Below, piece by piece: positions 25,740 to 36,930 of a stretch of 64,000 bases of DNA. A model generated the notes under the pieces. The model was not told the DNA's origin, made no database searches, and saw nothing but the letters and a program-made list of their open reading frames with translations. Positions within the stretch are counted from its first letter, which is position 1; each line of letters starts with the position of its first letter. A program made the translations under genes and the position numbers. Source of the stretch: Leucoraja erinacea (Eukaryota); NCBI RefSeq assembly GCF_028641065.1, contig NW_026576645.1, positions 1-64,000 of the forward strand, given 5' to 3'.

Positions 25740-26052
25740 TCTCTCCCCCTTCTCTCTTACAGTCTCTCACCTGTTTTGGGCAGAATTTCTGGCAGTTTCC
25801 CATCAGGCCTGAGCTGTCAGCCCACCAGGCCTGAGTGACTGAGCTGCCAGCCCAAGAATCCATTCGGCCCACAATGTCCATACTAGCCCTCTGGAAACCA
25901 GTTCCTTCGGCCCACAAGAACCATACTAGCGCTCCAGCAAGCCCCCTCCCCATTGGCCACCAATATTGGAATTGGTGGAGAGGTGGAATATTGCGTTGTG
26001 GGACCTGCCCTCCCATGTGAACATGGGACCCAACGGGTCCCACTTCGTCCAG
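25740..26052 (+). mobile_element. Non-autonomous Helitron-like element, 3' part
   Basis: Hairpin tgggaccc-aac-gggtccca (26024-26042), then cttcgtccag|t, a variant CTAG end. Homologous to 33.4-33.7 kb and 48.1-48.4 kb. Confidence 0.6.
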
Positions 26053-26189
26053 TATCCCCATAATCCTTTCCTATCCATGTAAATGTAGTGTCACGCCAAA
26101 GATACTGGAGCTTGGTGTGACGCGACCGGGGCAGTGGAAGCGGCTTCTGATTGGGGGAGCGAGGGATTGCAATGTTTCACCGCAGATAT

Positions 26190-26298
26190 CCAATCAGAAC
26201 GTTTATAGCGAAGTGTGATTCATGTCTCCGACCACCCAATGACGATCCGCTCCTGCACCATCCCTCATTAGCATAGGGTGACGTCGCTGCCTATTTAA
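26190..26298 (+). promoter_or_regulatory. H2B promoter: CCAAT boxes, octamer-like H2B box, CRE-like site, TATA
   Basis: CCAAT at 26190 and 26236; CTCATTAGCAT at 26264-26274; TGACGTC at ~26279; TATTTAA at 26292-26298. Confidence 0.8.
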
Positions 26299-26351
26299 TC
26301 GCCGCTGCGACTCCGAACTGGTCACTTCTGTGTTTGAAATCCACCGAGGAA

Positions 26352-26726
26352 ATGCCTGATCCGCAGAAAACAGTTGCCAAGAAGGGCGCAAAAAAAGCTT
26401 TGCCGAAATCCGCAGGTAAAGGGGGCAAGAAGCGCAGGAGGTCGAGAAAGGAGAGTTACTCCATCTACATCTACAAAGTGATGAAGCAGGTTCACCCGGA
26501 CACCGGCATCTCTTCCAAGGCCATGGGCATCATGAACTCGTTCGTCAACGATATTTTCGAGCGTATCGCGGGCGAGGCTTGCCGCCTGGCGCATTATAAC
26601 AAGCGGGCGACCATCAGCTCCCGAGAGATTCAGACCGCCGTGCGCCTGCTTCTTCCCGGGGAGCTGGCCAAGCACGCCGTGTCGGAAGGGACAAAGGCGG
26701 TGACCAAGTACACCAGTTCCAAATAA
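26352..26726 (+). CDS. H2B: Histone H2B (124 aa)
   Basis: [47 protein letters not shown]; the ATG is at 26352. Confidence 0.97.
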   Translation: MPDPQKTVAKKGAKKALPKSAGKGGKKRRRSRKESYSIYIYKVMKQVHPDTGISSKAMGIMNSFVNDIFERIAGEACRLAHYNKRATISSREIQTAVRLLLPGELAKHAVSEGTKAVTKYTSSK

Positions 26727-26761
26727 GGATCCATACGTTGAAAAAACACCCAAAACCCAAC

Positions 26762-26777
26762 GGCTCTTATAAGAGCC
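26762..26777 (+). terminator. H2B 3' stem-loop (loop TATA) with HDE AGAAAGAGTTG
   Basis: GGCTCT-TATA-AGAGCC-ACCCA. Confidence 0.92.
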
Positions 26778-27004
26778 ACCCACATTTTCGCAGAAAGAGT
26801 TGTATTAATGTTTCGACATTGAATCGCAGCAGAATTGTTTCAGGATATTTTTGCTTGGCGAATTATTTCACATTCTTTTTAGTGATTAAATGTTGTTCCA
26901 ATATACGCGGGATATTCCCAGTATCCATGTTGCGTTCGTGTCCATCAAACGGAAGTAAAACTCATTTCCCTTCACGTCAGCTTGTCCCAGTCATCATAAG
27001 CCAG

Positions 27005-27098
27005 AGTCTGAAGAAGGGTTTCGACCCGAAACATTGCCTATTTCCTTCGCTCCACAGTTGCTGCTTCACCCGCTGAGTTTCTCCAGCATTTTTGTCTA
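27005..27098 (+). mobile_element. Penelope-like terminal fragment with hammerhead-like core
   Basis: ctgaagaagggtttcgacccgaaac..gctgagtttctccagcatttttgtcta; paralogue on the minus strand at ~51430-51517. Confidence 0.6.
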
Positions 27099-27771
27099 TC
27101 CAGTCATCATAAATTGTGCCCACGGCCAGCCAATTAGTGCTGTCGTTGATGTTTTATTGTCTTCATCTCTATAACTGTTCTGAATTGCATTTCTACTCGG
27201 CAATTCGTCCAGCCTTTCAAGAAGGAACATTTCACACTGTCGCCCATATTCCAACTTTGTGAAGATGAACCAGACGATAATCCGAGACCGTTTACATAGT
27301 AACCGATCGCTAATTGATGCTGAGGATCGTTTTTTGTAATCGGTTACCGGCCCAAATAAATTAAATGTGTTGTGCTGTATTGCCCGGGGTTCAAGGTCGT
27401 CAACAATCAAGAGTATTTAATTGTCAAATTTACCGTGAACGGAACAATGAAATTCTTACTCGCAGCAGTATAATAAACATCTTAACGCAATGCACTTACA
27501 TAAAAAATGATAATGAAAAAAGCAATGATTATGTGATGTAGCAAATTGTATTGACATACAGATTTATAGTTTGGCGGCTATTTCAAAGTTCGAGTTTTGG
27601 AGGGACTGGCAGTTATTTTCAGCGCTTTTCTGTTGTGGGTTTTGATTGGTAAATTAAACAGTTCTATGATTGGGTCATTCATCACACCAATGAGATCATG
27701 TCCTTTTTCACCAATCACCAGCGGTTCTCTGGATTCCTCAAACAGGTATAAGAAAGGCGAGTCTGTGATAA

Positions 27772-28185
<414 letters not shown>

Positions 28186-28214
28186 GCGAGAGAAACTCAA
28201 CATAGTGACCCAAA

Positions 28215-28230
28215 GGCTCTTTTCAGAGCC
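28215..28230 (+). terminator. H2A 3' stem-loop
   Basis: GGCTCT-TTTC-AGAGCC. Confidence 0.95.
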
Positions 28231-28333
28231 ACTCACCATGTCTGTGGAAGGGCTGATCATCGATTATGTTTAGTGCGGGACAAGTGTTCCTTGTCGTTGT
28301 CGAAAACCGACTGCACATTGACTTGTCTACCAA

Positions 28334-28604
28334 GGTGGCGGAGCGGTAGACTTACAGCGCAGAGACCCTGGTTCGATCCTGACTACGGGCGCTTCCCTGT
28401 ACACAATTTTCACGTTCTCCCCGTTTCCTCTCACACTTAAGACGTCCAGGGTTGTAGGTTAATTGGTTTGATATAAATGTTTAAAAATATATGTTTTTCA
28501 AACACTTATCATTTGTAGGATAGTGTTCATGTGTGAGGATCGCTAGTCGGTGCGGACTCGCTGGTCCGAAGGGTCAGTTTCCGCGTTGTACCTCAAAACT
28601 AAAC
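28334..28604 (+). mobile_element. tRNA-derived SINE (HE1/V-SINE-like); paralogues at ~49993-50237 and ~57970-58225 (minus)
   Basis: A-box-like ggtggcggagcggtaga, B-box ggttcgatcc, V-domain-like cacgttctccccg, and a CR1-like tail. Confidence 0.75.
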
Positions 28605-29054
28605 ATGAAACAGCGGTTGGCTGATGCGGGAAGATACATTTAGGCAGATATTCCTCAGAACATTGGCAGCGACCTACAGTAAGACATCCTCCTCGAAACC
28701 AACTCCGTTTCCCTCTCACCTACAGAACAATTAATGCAGCAACACTAACATCGACTCAAGGTTTCTCTCCGAAAACAGCGACTAATATCCAGCCTCGGGC
28801 AGAGCTGAATTCCTTCAGTTTCGCTAGTGGATCAGTAAACCCGCACCGCATATGATTTATGGGGACATTAAAGTCGATATAAATGGATGGAAACGATATT
28901 ATGATAACATTTGCCTCTGTTCTTGTTTGCACTGAAATTGACCGGCAATCACACTGCAGTCTTTTCTCCGATTGACTGAGCTCCGACCGCCGGAGAGAGG
29001 AGAGAAGCAGCGAGAGCTAGTGTGTGTGTGCCTAGAGTGTCAACAAATAACAAA

Positions 29055-32000
29055 TAAATAGATACATAGAAAATAGGTGCAGGAGTAGGTCATTCGGCCC
29101 TTCGAGCCTGCACCGCCATTCAATATGATAATGGCTGAACATCCAACAGTATCTTGTACCTGCTTTCTCTCCAGACCGCCTGATTCCTTTAGCCACAAGG
29201 GCCACTCCCTCTTAAATATAGCCAATGAACTGGCCTCAACTACCCTCTGTGGCAGAGAGTTCCAGAGATTCACCACTCTCTGTGTGAAAAATGTTTTTAT
29301 CATCTAGGTCTTAAAGGATTTCCCCCTTATCCTTAAGCTGTGACCCCTTGTCCTGGACTTCCCCAACATCGGGAACAATCTTCCTGCATTTAGCCTGTCC
29401 AACCCCTTAAGAATTTTGCAAGTTTCTATAAGATCCCCTCTCAATCTCCTAAATTCCTGCGAGTATAAGCCGAGTCTATCCAGTCTTTCTTCATATGAAA
29501 GTCCTGACATCCCAGGAATCAGTCTGGTGAACCTTCTCTGCAGTCCCTCTATGGCAATAATGTCCTTCCTCAGATTTGGAGAGCAAAACTGTATGCAATG
29601 CTCCAGGTGTGGTCTCACCAAGACACTGTACAACTGCAGTAGAACATCCCTGCTCCTATACTTAAATCCTTTTGCTATGAATGCTAACATACCATTCGCT
29701 TTCTTCACTGCCTGCTGCACCTGCATGCCTACTTTCAATGACTGGTGTACCATGACACCCAGGTCTCCTTGCATCTCCCCTTTTCCTAATCGGCCACCAT
29801 TCAGATCTGCTTTCCTGTTTTTGCCACCAAAGTGGATAACCTCACATGTATCCACATTATACTGCATCTGCCATACATTTGCCCACTCACCCAGCCTATC
29901 CAAGTCACCTTGCAGCCTCCTAGCATTCTCCTCACAGCTAACACTGCCCCCCAGCTTAGTGTCATCCGCAAACATGGAGATATTGCATTCAATTGCCTCA
30001 TCCAAATCATTAATATATATTGTAAATAGCTGGGGTTCCAGCACTGAGCCTTGCGGTACCCCACTAGTAACTGCCTGCCATTGTGAAAAGGACCAGTTTA
30101 CTCCTACTCTTTGCTTCCTGTTTGCCAGCCAGTTCTCTATCCACATCAATATTGAACCCTCAATAGCATGTGCTTTAAGTTTGCACACTAATTCGTCAGA
30201 CATGATTTACCTTTCGTAAATCCATGCTGACTTTGTCCAATGATTTCACTACTTTCCAAATGTGCTGCTATCCCATCTTTAATAACTGACTCTAGCAGTT
30301 TCCCCACTACCGATGTTAGACTAACTGGACTGTAATTCCCCATTTTCTCTCTCCCTCCCTTGTGAAAAACCGGGGTTACATTAGCTACCCTCCAATCCTC
30401 GGGAACTACTACAGAATATAAAGAGTTTTGAAAAATTAATGCATCCACTATTTCTGGAGCTACTTCCTTAAGTACTCTGGGATGCAGCCTATCTGGCCCT
30501 GGGGATTTATCGGCCTTTAACCCATTCAATTTACCCAACACCACTTCCCGACTAACCTGGATTTCACTCAGTTCCTCCATCTCCTTGGACCCGCAGTCCC
30601 TTTTATTTCCGGCAGATTATTTATGTCTTCCTTAGTGAAGACGGAACTAAAGTAGTATTCAATTGGTCCACATTATCCTTGTTCTCCATGATCAATTCAC
30701 CTGTTTCTGACTGCAAGGGACCTACATTTGTTTTAACTTATCTCTTTCTTTTCACATATCTATAAAAACTTTGGCTGTCAGTTTTTATGTCCCCTACCAG
30801 TTTTCTTTCATAATCTATTTTCCCTTTCCTAATTAAGCCCTTTGTCCTCCTCTGCAGGCCTCTGAATTTCTCCCAGTCCTCTGGTAGGCTGCTTTTTCTG
30901 GTTAATTTTTACACGTCATCTTTTGCTTTGATACTATCCCTGATTTCCCTTGTTATCCATGGATGCACTACTTTCCCTGATTTATTCTTTTGCCAAACTG
31001 GGAAGAACAATTTTTGTAGTTCATCCATGCTGTCTTTAAATGCCTTCCATTGCATATCCACCGTCAACCCTTTTAGAATGAATTGCCTGTCCATCTTGGC
31101 CAATTCACGTCTCATACCCTCAAAGATACCTTTCTTTAAGTTCAGAACCATTGTTTCTGAATTAACAATGTCATGCTCCATCTTAATGAAGAACTCAACC
31201 ATATTATGGTCACTCTTGCCCAAGGGGGCACGCATAACAAGACTGCTAACTAACCCTTCCTCCTTACTCAATACCCAGTCTAGAATAGCCTGCTCTCTCG
31301 TTGGTTCCACTACATGTTGGTTTAGAAAACTATCCCGCACACATTACAAGAAATCCTCTTCCTCAGCACCCCTGCCAATTTGATTCACCCAATCTATATG
31401 TAGATTGAAGTCACCCATTCTAACTGTTTTACCTTTGTTGCACGCATTTCTAATTTCCTGTTTGATGCCATCCCCAACTTCACTACTACTGTTAGGTGGC
31501 CTGTACACACCACCCACTAGCGTTTTCTGCCCTTTAGTGTTACTCAGCTCTACCCATAACGATTCCACATCCTCCAAGCTAATGTCCTTCCTTTCCATTG
31601 CGTTAATCTCCTCTCTAACCAGCAACGCTACCCCACCTCCTTTTCCTTTCTGTCTATCCCTCCTGAATATTGAATAACCCTGGATGTTCAGCTCCCAGCC
31701 TTGGTCACCCTGGAGCCATGTCTCCGTGATCCCAACTATATCATAATCATTAATAGCTATCTGCACATTCAACTCATCCACCTTATTACGAATGCTTCTT
31801 GCATTGAGCCACAAAGCCTTCAGGCTTGTTTTTACAACGCTCTTACCCCTTTTAGAATTATGTTGAAAAATGGCCCTTTTTGATTTTTGCCCTGGTTTTG
31901 TTTGCCTGCCACTTTTATTTTTCACCTTGCTACCTATTGCTTCCACCCCCCATTTTACACCCCTCTGTCTCTCTGCTCACCCATTTAAGAACCCCACCAC

Positions 32001-32385
32001 CTCTTATTCTCTGTTTATTATTGTTTTCTTCTTTCCCCCCTACAAGTTGGGTCTACGTGCTCTCCTTCTCTGCGTCCTGCCTCACACACTGTCTACTAGC
32101 TTTCTCTATTTGAGTCCCTCCCCCCAACCATTCTAGTTTAATGTCTCACCAGTACCCTTTGCAAATCACCCCACCAGGATATTGGTCCCCTTCGGGTTCA
32201 AGTGCAACCCATCCTTTTTGTACAGGTCGCACCTTCCACAAAAGAGGTCCCAATGATCCAGAAATTTGAATACCTGCCCTCTGCACCAATCCTTCAGCCA
32301 CTCATTTATCCTCCACCTCGCTCCATTCATTACTCTCAGTCGCATGGCACAGGCAGTAATCCCGAGATTGTTACCTTTGCGGTCC
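29055..32385 (-). mobile_element. CR1/HER1 LINE, 5'-truncated (end of ORF1 esterase plus broken ORF2)
   Basis: DGLHLN, NARSIRNK..ITETWL, PGPDRLHPRVLKE, GVPQGSVL and FADD motifs; internal deletion near 30195. Absent from the paralogous site at ~49450. Confidence 0.93.
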
Positions 32386-33185
32386 AAATAATAGTACAAT
32401 ATAATATAGTATTTCGTAGTTCAGAGCTTATTCGTTATGTTTAATAGCCTGATGGCTTTCAGGAAGAAGCTGTTCCTCAATATGGATAATACAGTTTTCA
32501 GTTTACAAAAGTTGGACGTGACTACAGAAGTCGGGCATAAGTAGGTTAGTCCACAAGCCCCCCCCCCCCACCCCCCACTGACATCCACACCTCAAGACAC
32601 TGTCCTCCGCCTGGCTATAGGATGCTCCCCCTACTGAAGCCACCCCCATCCCCCGCAGTAGGACACCCCTCCCTCATCAGCCCACGAGAGCCCCCGCCTG
32701 AAGCCGTCCCCTCTCTCGTCTGCAGTACATTTGCCAGGGGTGGAAGATTGCAACCTTCACGTGGTCCACCCTGTTTCGACTAATGCAATCAACTCGATGT
32801 GCACAAACAGAAGATCAAATAGACCAGTTGTCCTGCAACTTTAGGCTGTGCACACCACACGAAAGAAGAAGCCACCCCTCACCCCACCCCGACAGCCCTG
32901 GCCTCAAAAAATGTTTTGCACAAATCTTCAGTGAGTCCAGAGGATTGAGAATTACAACAAATTACAACTGCTCAATCTCTCTATATTAAAATTGTCTCTT
33001 TTTTTATCAACAGAAAATAGCCATCAAGAGGCAGTGAGCAGCAGAACACAACATGAAAGAACTTAATAATTCTCATCTTTAACATTTAAATTGTTCTTAT
33101 ATTTTAAGACTAATTCACAATTTAAACTTTGATAAATCCTTTTTCCATTTTTCATGCCTGCGTGTTCTTTATCACGATGGGAACC

Positions 33186-33678
33186 TAATAGACAGGAATG
33201 GGTGCTCTGTGGGAGAGCTGCTAAGAGTGCATGGGGGGAGGTTGTAGGGAGATGGACAGGATGTGTGGGGGGGAGGGGAATGGCAAGGAGCCGAGTGGGG
33301 GGATGAAGGGAGAAGGGGTGACTGAACGAACTGCCAGCGTACCAGGCGTGAGTGACTGAACTGCCAGGCCACAAGCCATGAGTAAGTGAACTGCCAGCCC
33401 AATAATCCATTCAGTCCAACCTCTCCCCGTTCTCTCACAGCCTGTCACCTGTTTTGGGCAGAATTTCTGTCAGTTTCTCAGCTGCCAGCTTGGCAGGTCC
33501 GAGTGGCTGTATTGCCAGGCCTCAGTGACTGAGCTGCCAGCCCAAGAATCCATTCGGCCCACAATGTCAATACTAGCCATCTGGAAACCAGTACCTTTGG
33601 CCCACAACACCCATACTAGTGCAACAGAAAGCCCCTCCCCACCCCCCACTGGCGTGCAATATTGGAATTGGTGGAGAG
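33186..33678 (+). mobile_element. Helitron-like non-autonomous element, 3'-truncated paralogue of 48105-48780
   Basis: Inverted homology to 48170-48780, including 30-bp ctgccagc repeats. Confidence 0.55.
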
Positions 33679-33792
33679 CTGAACCCGGAGCGCGTGAGAA
33701 AAGAGCGCAAAGCGAACAGGGGCTGGTCGTGTACACACCATTATGAGCCGTGTTGGCATTTACATCAAAACCAGTTACACTTGAATTACTGA

Positions 33793-34095
33793 AACATAGA
33801 AATTAGGTGCAGGAGTAGGCCATTCGGCCCTTCGAGCCTGCACCGCTATTCAATATGATCATGGCTGATCATCCAACTCAGTATCCCGTACCTGCCTTCT
33901 CTCCATACCCTCTGATCCCCTTAGTCACAAGGGCCACATCTAACTCCCTCTTAAATATAGCCAATGAACTGGCCTCGACTACCCTCTGTGGCAGAGTTCC
34001 AGAGATTCACCACTCTCTGTGTGAAAAAGGTTCTTCTCATCTCAGTTGTAAAGGATTTCCCCCTTATCCTTAAGCTGTGACCCCTTGTCCTGGAC
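33793..34095 (-). mobile_element. Short CR1/HER1 3' insertion
   Basis: HER1 tail; the paralogous H3 flank at ~13727-13745 lacks it. Confidence 0.88.
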
Positions 34096-34209
34096 TCCAC
34101 TCAGCAGCAGTCTCTGCGGCATCAATTCAGATGAAACCCCGCAGAAAGAACAGATCATTGATGTAAAAGGACATTAGAAAGCCACAGCTCCTTCTTCTGC
34201 TGGATTAAT

Positions 34210-34225
34210 GACTCTTAAAAGAGCC
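34210..34225 (-). terminator. Degenerate duplicate of the H3 stem-loop
   Basis: GGCTCT-TTTA-AGAGTC with H3-type flanks. Confidence 0.75.
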
Positions 34226-34445
34226 GTTTGTTGTTGGGTGGACAACATACGTCTGTGATTCTGGAACCCGGACACTAGCGGATCGTTCTTTGCTGTAGAT
34301 GTTGGCTTTACTCATGAGGACGTAACGCGGAGTGAGTTAGCCCGGGTGGTTTATAACAAGACGCGCGTGCATACAAGACATACGAAGCGATCTTCTGAAC
34401 TGAAATACCCAGCCGGTGCTCAGCCCTTTGATAGACACTGTAGGT

Positions 34446-34461
34446 GGCTCTGAAAAGAGCC
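34446..34461 (-). terminator. Orphan perfect histone stem-loop (H2A-like flanks)
   Basis: CAAA-GGCTCT-TTTC-AGAGCC-ACCT with AAAGGGCTGA downstream; no CDS of its own. Confidence 0.85.
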
Positions 34462-34535
34462 TTTGGAAAGAACAGAACATTAATGCAACAGGACATCAAA
34501 CAGAAAGCCACAACTCTTTCTTCTGCCGGATTAGT

Positions 34536-34551
34536 GGCTCTTAAAAGAGCC
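34536..34551 (-). terminator. Stem-loop of H3 copy 2
   Basis: GGCTCT-TTTA-AGAGCC with HDE AGAAAGAGTTG. Confidence 0.95.
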
Positions 34552-34577
34552 GTTTGTTGTTGGTGGAGAGGTGGAGT

Positions 34578-34994
<417 letters not shown>

Positions 34995-35770
34995 TCAACA
35001 GTGGGAGCACAGTGTGAAATACAGGAACTGAATGACGGAGCCGGCTCTGGGACCCGCTTTTGTAGCGTTGGTGAAGGGTCGGCCCACAGCCTCTGAATGG
35101 ATGGAGCAGAGATGTCACTCACGGTGTCCCATCCCTGCGAGTGGCTGCAGGTCTGTCAGCAGCAGGCGGCTGTTTCAGAAGGGGAGCGAGGGGAGGAGGC
35201 GATACCGAGATTTATGACCTGCGGGTGGGGTGGGGGAAGCTCAGCCAACCAGAGAGCACACATTCTATGAGTGTTATTGGTTGAGGATCCATATTCAAAT
35301 TGCCCGCTAATTTCGTAGCAGCCGGTAAACGAGGCCAGTCTTTTGTCTTATAATTCTGAATTCATTCAGATTCTGTCAACTTGACATCAAATTCACTTAA
35401 ACTTCTCCTTTAAATAATTGACCGAATATGCGGCGCGGATTTAGACCGGATCCCGGTGCAGAGGGAATTTGTCTCTGCCCGTGACTGGAAATAAACGACT
35501 GTTACCCGGGGAACGGTTTGGAGTCGACCCTCGTGTTGTTGCATTAATCACGAGGTACATAGGTAAAAGGGAAACTGACATCGCCTTGTGTATGATCTTT
35601 TACTGTCGGCTGTCGATATTCTTTGCATCTCTAATGAACGCGCGGATCAAGCTAAACACGTTTGTGTTCAGTGGTTGAACTAAATGTTTTATTAAAGCAG
35701 ATGGCAATCTGCATCCACTTTCATCCCGGGTCACTGCTCTCTCTGTGATTGGGTCCAAGAGCCTTACAAG

Positions 35771-35810
35771 CAAAGATCTTATAGCAGAGCGCTTCGCTAT
35801 AAGATCTTTG
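35771..35810. mobile_element. 40-bp TIR-only scar (20+20 nt)
   Basis: caaagatcttatagcagagc|gcttcgctataagatctttg. Confidence 0.88.
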
Positions 35811-35858
35811 GTCACAAACAGCTAAACTCAGCTGGACTTCTTCAGACGCTCTTGTAAG

Positions 35859-35886
35859 CAAAGATCCCTTTGCTATAGGATCTTTG
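35859..35886. mobile_element. 28-bp TIR-only scar (9+19 nt)
   Basis: caaagatcc|ctttgctataggatctttg. Confidence 0.85.
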
Positions 35887-35890
35887 GTTA

Positions 35891-35932
35891 CGCTTGGCGT
35901 GCTCAGTGTCGGTGACCGCATCCCTAATCATA
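35891..35932 (-). pseudogene. ~40-bp histone H4 coding fragment
   Basis: cgcttggcgtgctcagtgtcggtgaccgcatccctaatca aligns to H4 at 43019-43058 (IRDAVTxTEHAKR). Confidence 0.8.
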
Positions 35933-36052
35933 TAGAGGGACAGAGAGTTAGGAGGATGAATCCCGGGTTAATTGTAATTATTTCCGTCTCGCACTGAGCC
36001 TGGTCCCGGGATCGCTTGAGTTTAGATCAGCTCTTTCCAGATATATGTGGGT

Positions 36053-36068
36053 GGCTCTTAAAAGAGCC
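36053..36068 (-). terminator. H1 3' stem-loop with HDE GGAAAGAGCTGA
   Basis: GGCTCT-TTTA-AGAGCC-ACCCA. Confidence 0.95.
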
Positions 36069-36104
36069 GTTGGGTTCTGGTCTTTACAGACAGCGTTTTT
36101 TATT

Positions 36105-36779
36105 TCACTTTTTGGCCGCTGCCTTCTTGGATTTCGCCTTCACCTGACGTTTTACCGGCTTCTTTGCTACCTTTTTGGGTATTTTCGGCGCCGCCTTCCT
36201 GGGCGATGCTTTCTTTGCCGCTGCTTTCTTCACCTCAACTTTTTTAGTGGAAACTTTCTTGACCGCTGCTTTCTTGGCCCCAACTTTCTTGATCGCTGGT
36301 TTGTTGGCCCCAACTTTCTTGACCGCTGGTTTCTTGGCCGCTGGTTTCTTGGGGGTAGATTGTTTTACCAGTGATTTCTTGGTCGGGGGTTTCTTGGCCG
36401 TCGGTTTCTTGCTCTTCGATGTCTTGCCTGCTGAAATCTTCGCTTTCTTTACTGATTTCACGGCCGCTTCTCCCTTGCCGGTCTTGAAGGAGCCCTTGTT
36501 CTGGACCAGTAAACCGTTTACTAATCTCCTCTTGATGCACATCCTGATCAGGTGGCCGTACTTGTCCACATCGACGCTGTTGGCGGCCAGGCTCTTTTTT
36601 ATCGCAAATAAAGACAACCCTTTGCGATCGCGGCAATCCGCCACAAGCTTGTCGATCTGTTCGCCCAGCTTGAGACCGGCTGCCTTGCTCCGGGCGAGCG
36701 CCTGCTTCTTCTTGGGAGCCTTAGTTTGAGCGGCGGGGACGGCTTGAGGAGCCGCTTCAGCGGCTGCGTTCTCCGTCAT
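36105..36779 (-). CDS. H1: Linker histone H1 (224 aa), divergent globular domain
   Basis: MTENAAAE..RKGLSLFAIKK..LVQNKGSFK followed by a K/A/P-rich tail; H1 box upstream and stem-loop downstream. Confidence 0.93.
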   Translation of the reverse strand: MTENAAAEAAPQAVPAAQTKAPKKKQALARSKAAGLKLGEQIDKLVADCRDRKGLSLFAIKKSLAANSVDVDKYGHLIRMCIKRRLVNGLLVQNKGSFKTGKGEAAVKSVKKAKISAGKTSKSKKPTAKKPPTKKSLVKQSTPKKPAAKKPAVKKVGANKPAIKKVGAKKAAVKKVSTKKVEVKKAAAKKASPRKAAPKIPKKVAKKPVKRQVKAKSKKAAAKK

Positions 36780-36854
36780 ATCGGCAACTATGCACAAGCT
36801 CTCTCTGACACTCAGAACTGAGTGAGAAATGAAGCAAGTGGCGGCGGCACTGAG

Positions 36855-36930
36855 CAACTTAAAGGCAGCGAGCGGACGGGGCGGAGACATCCTGCTGTCA
36901 ACTCCCGGCCCCTCCGACTCGCTGTGTTTC
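36855..36930 (-). promoter_or_regulatory. H1 promoter with H1 (AC) box
   Basis: AAACACA at 36923-36929 on the minus strand, a GC box near 36880 and TTTAAG near 36860. Confidence 0.75.

Noticed and set aside
26088-26123. caaagatac..cttg between gtgtcacgc and gtgtgacgc, upstream of H2B
   Set aside because: Only 7 nt match the TIR and the repeat register does not give an 8-bp TSD. Too ambiguous to count as a scar.
28334-28390. tRNA-like A/B boxes
   Set aside because: This is a SINE head; no complete cloverleaf.
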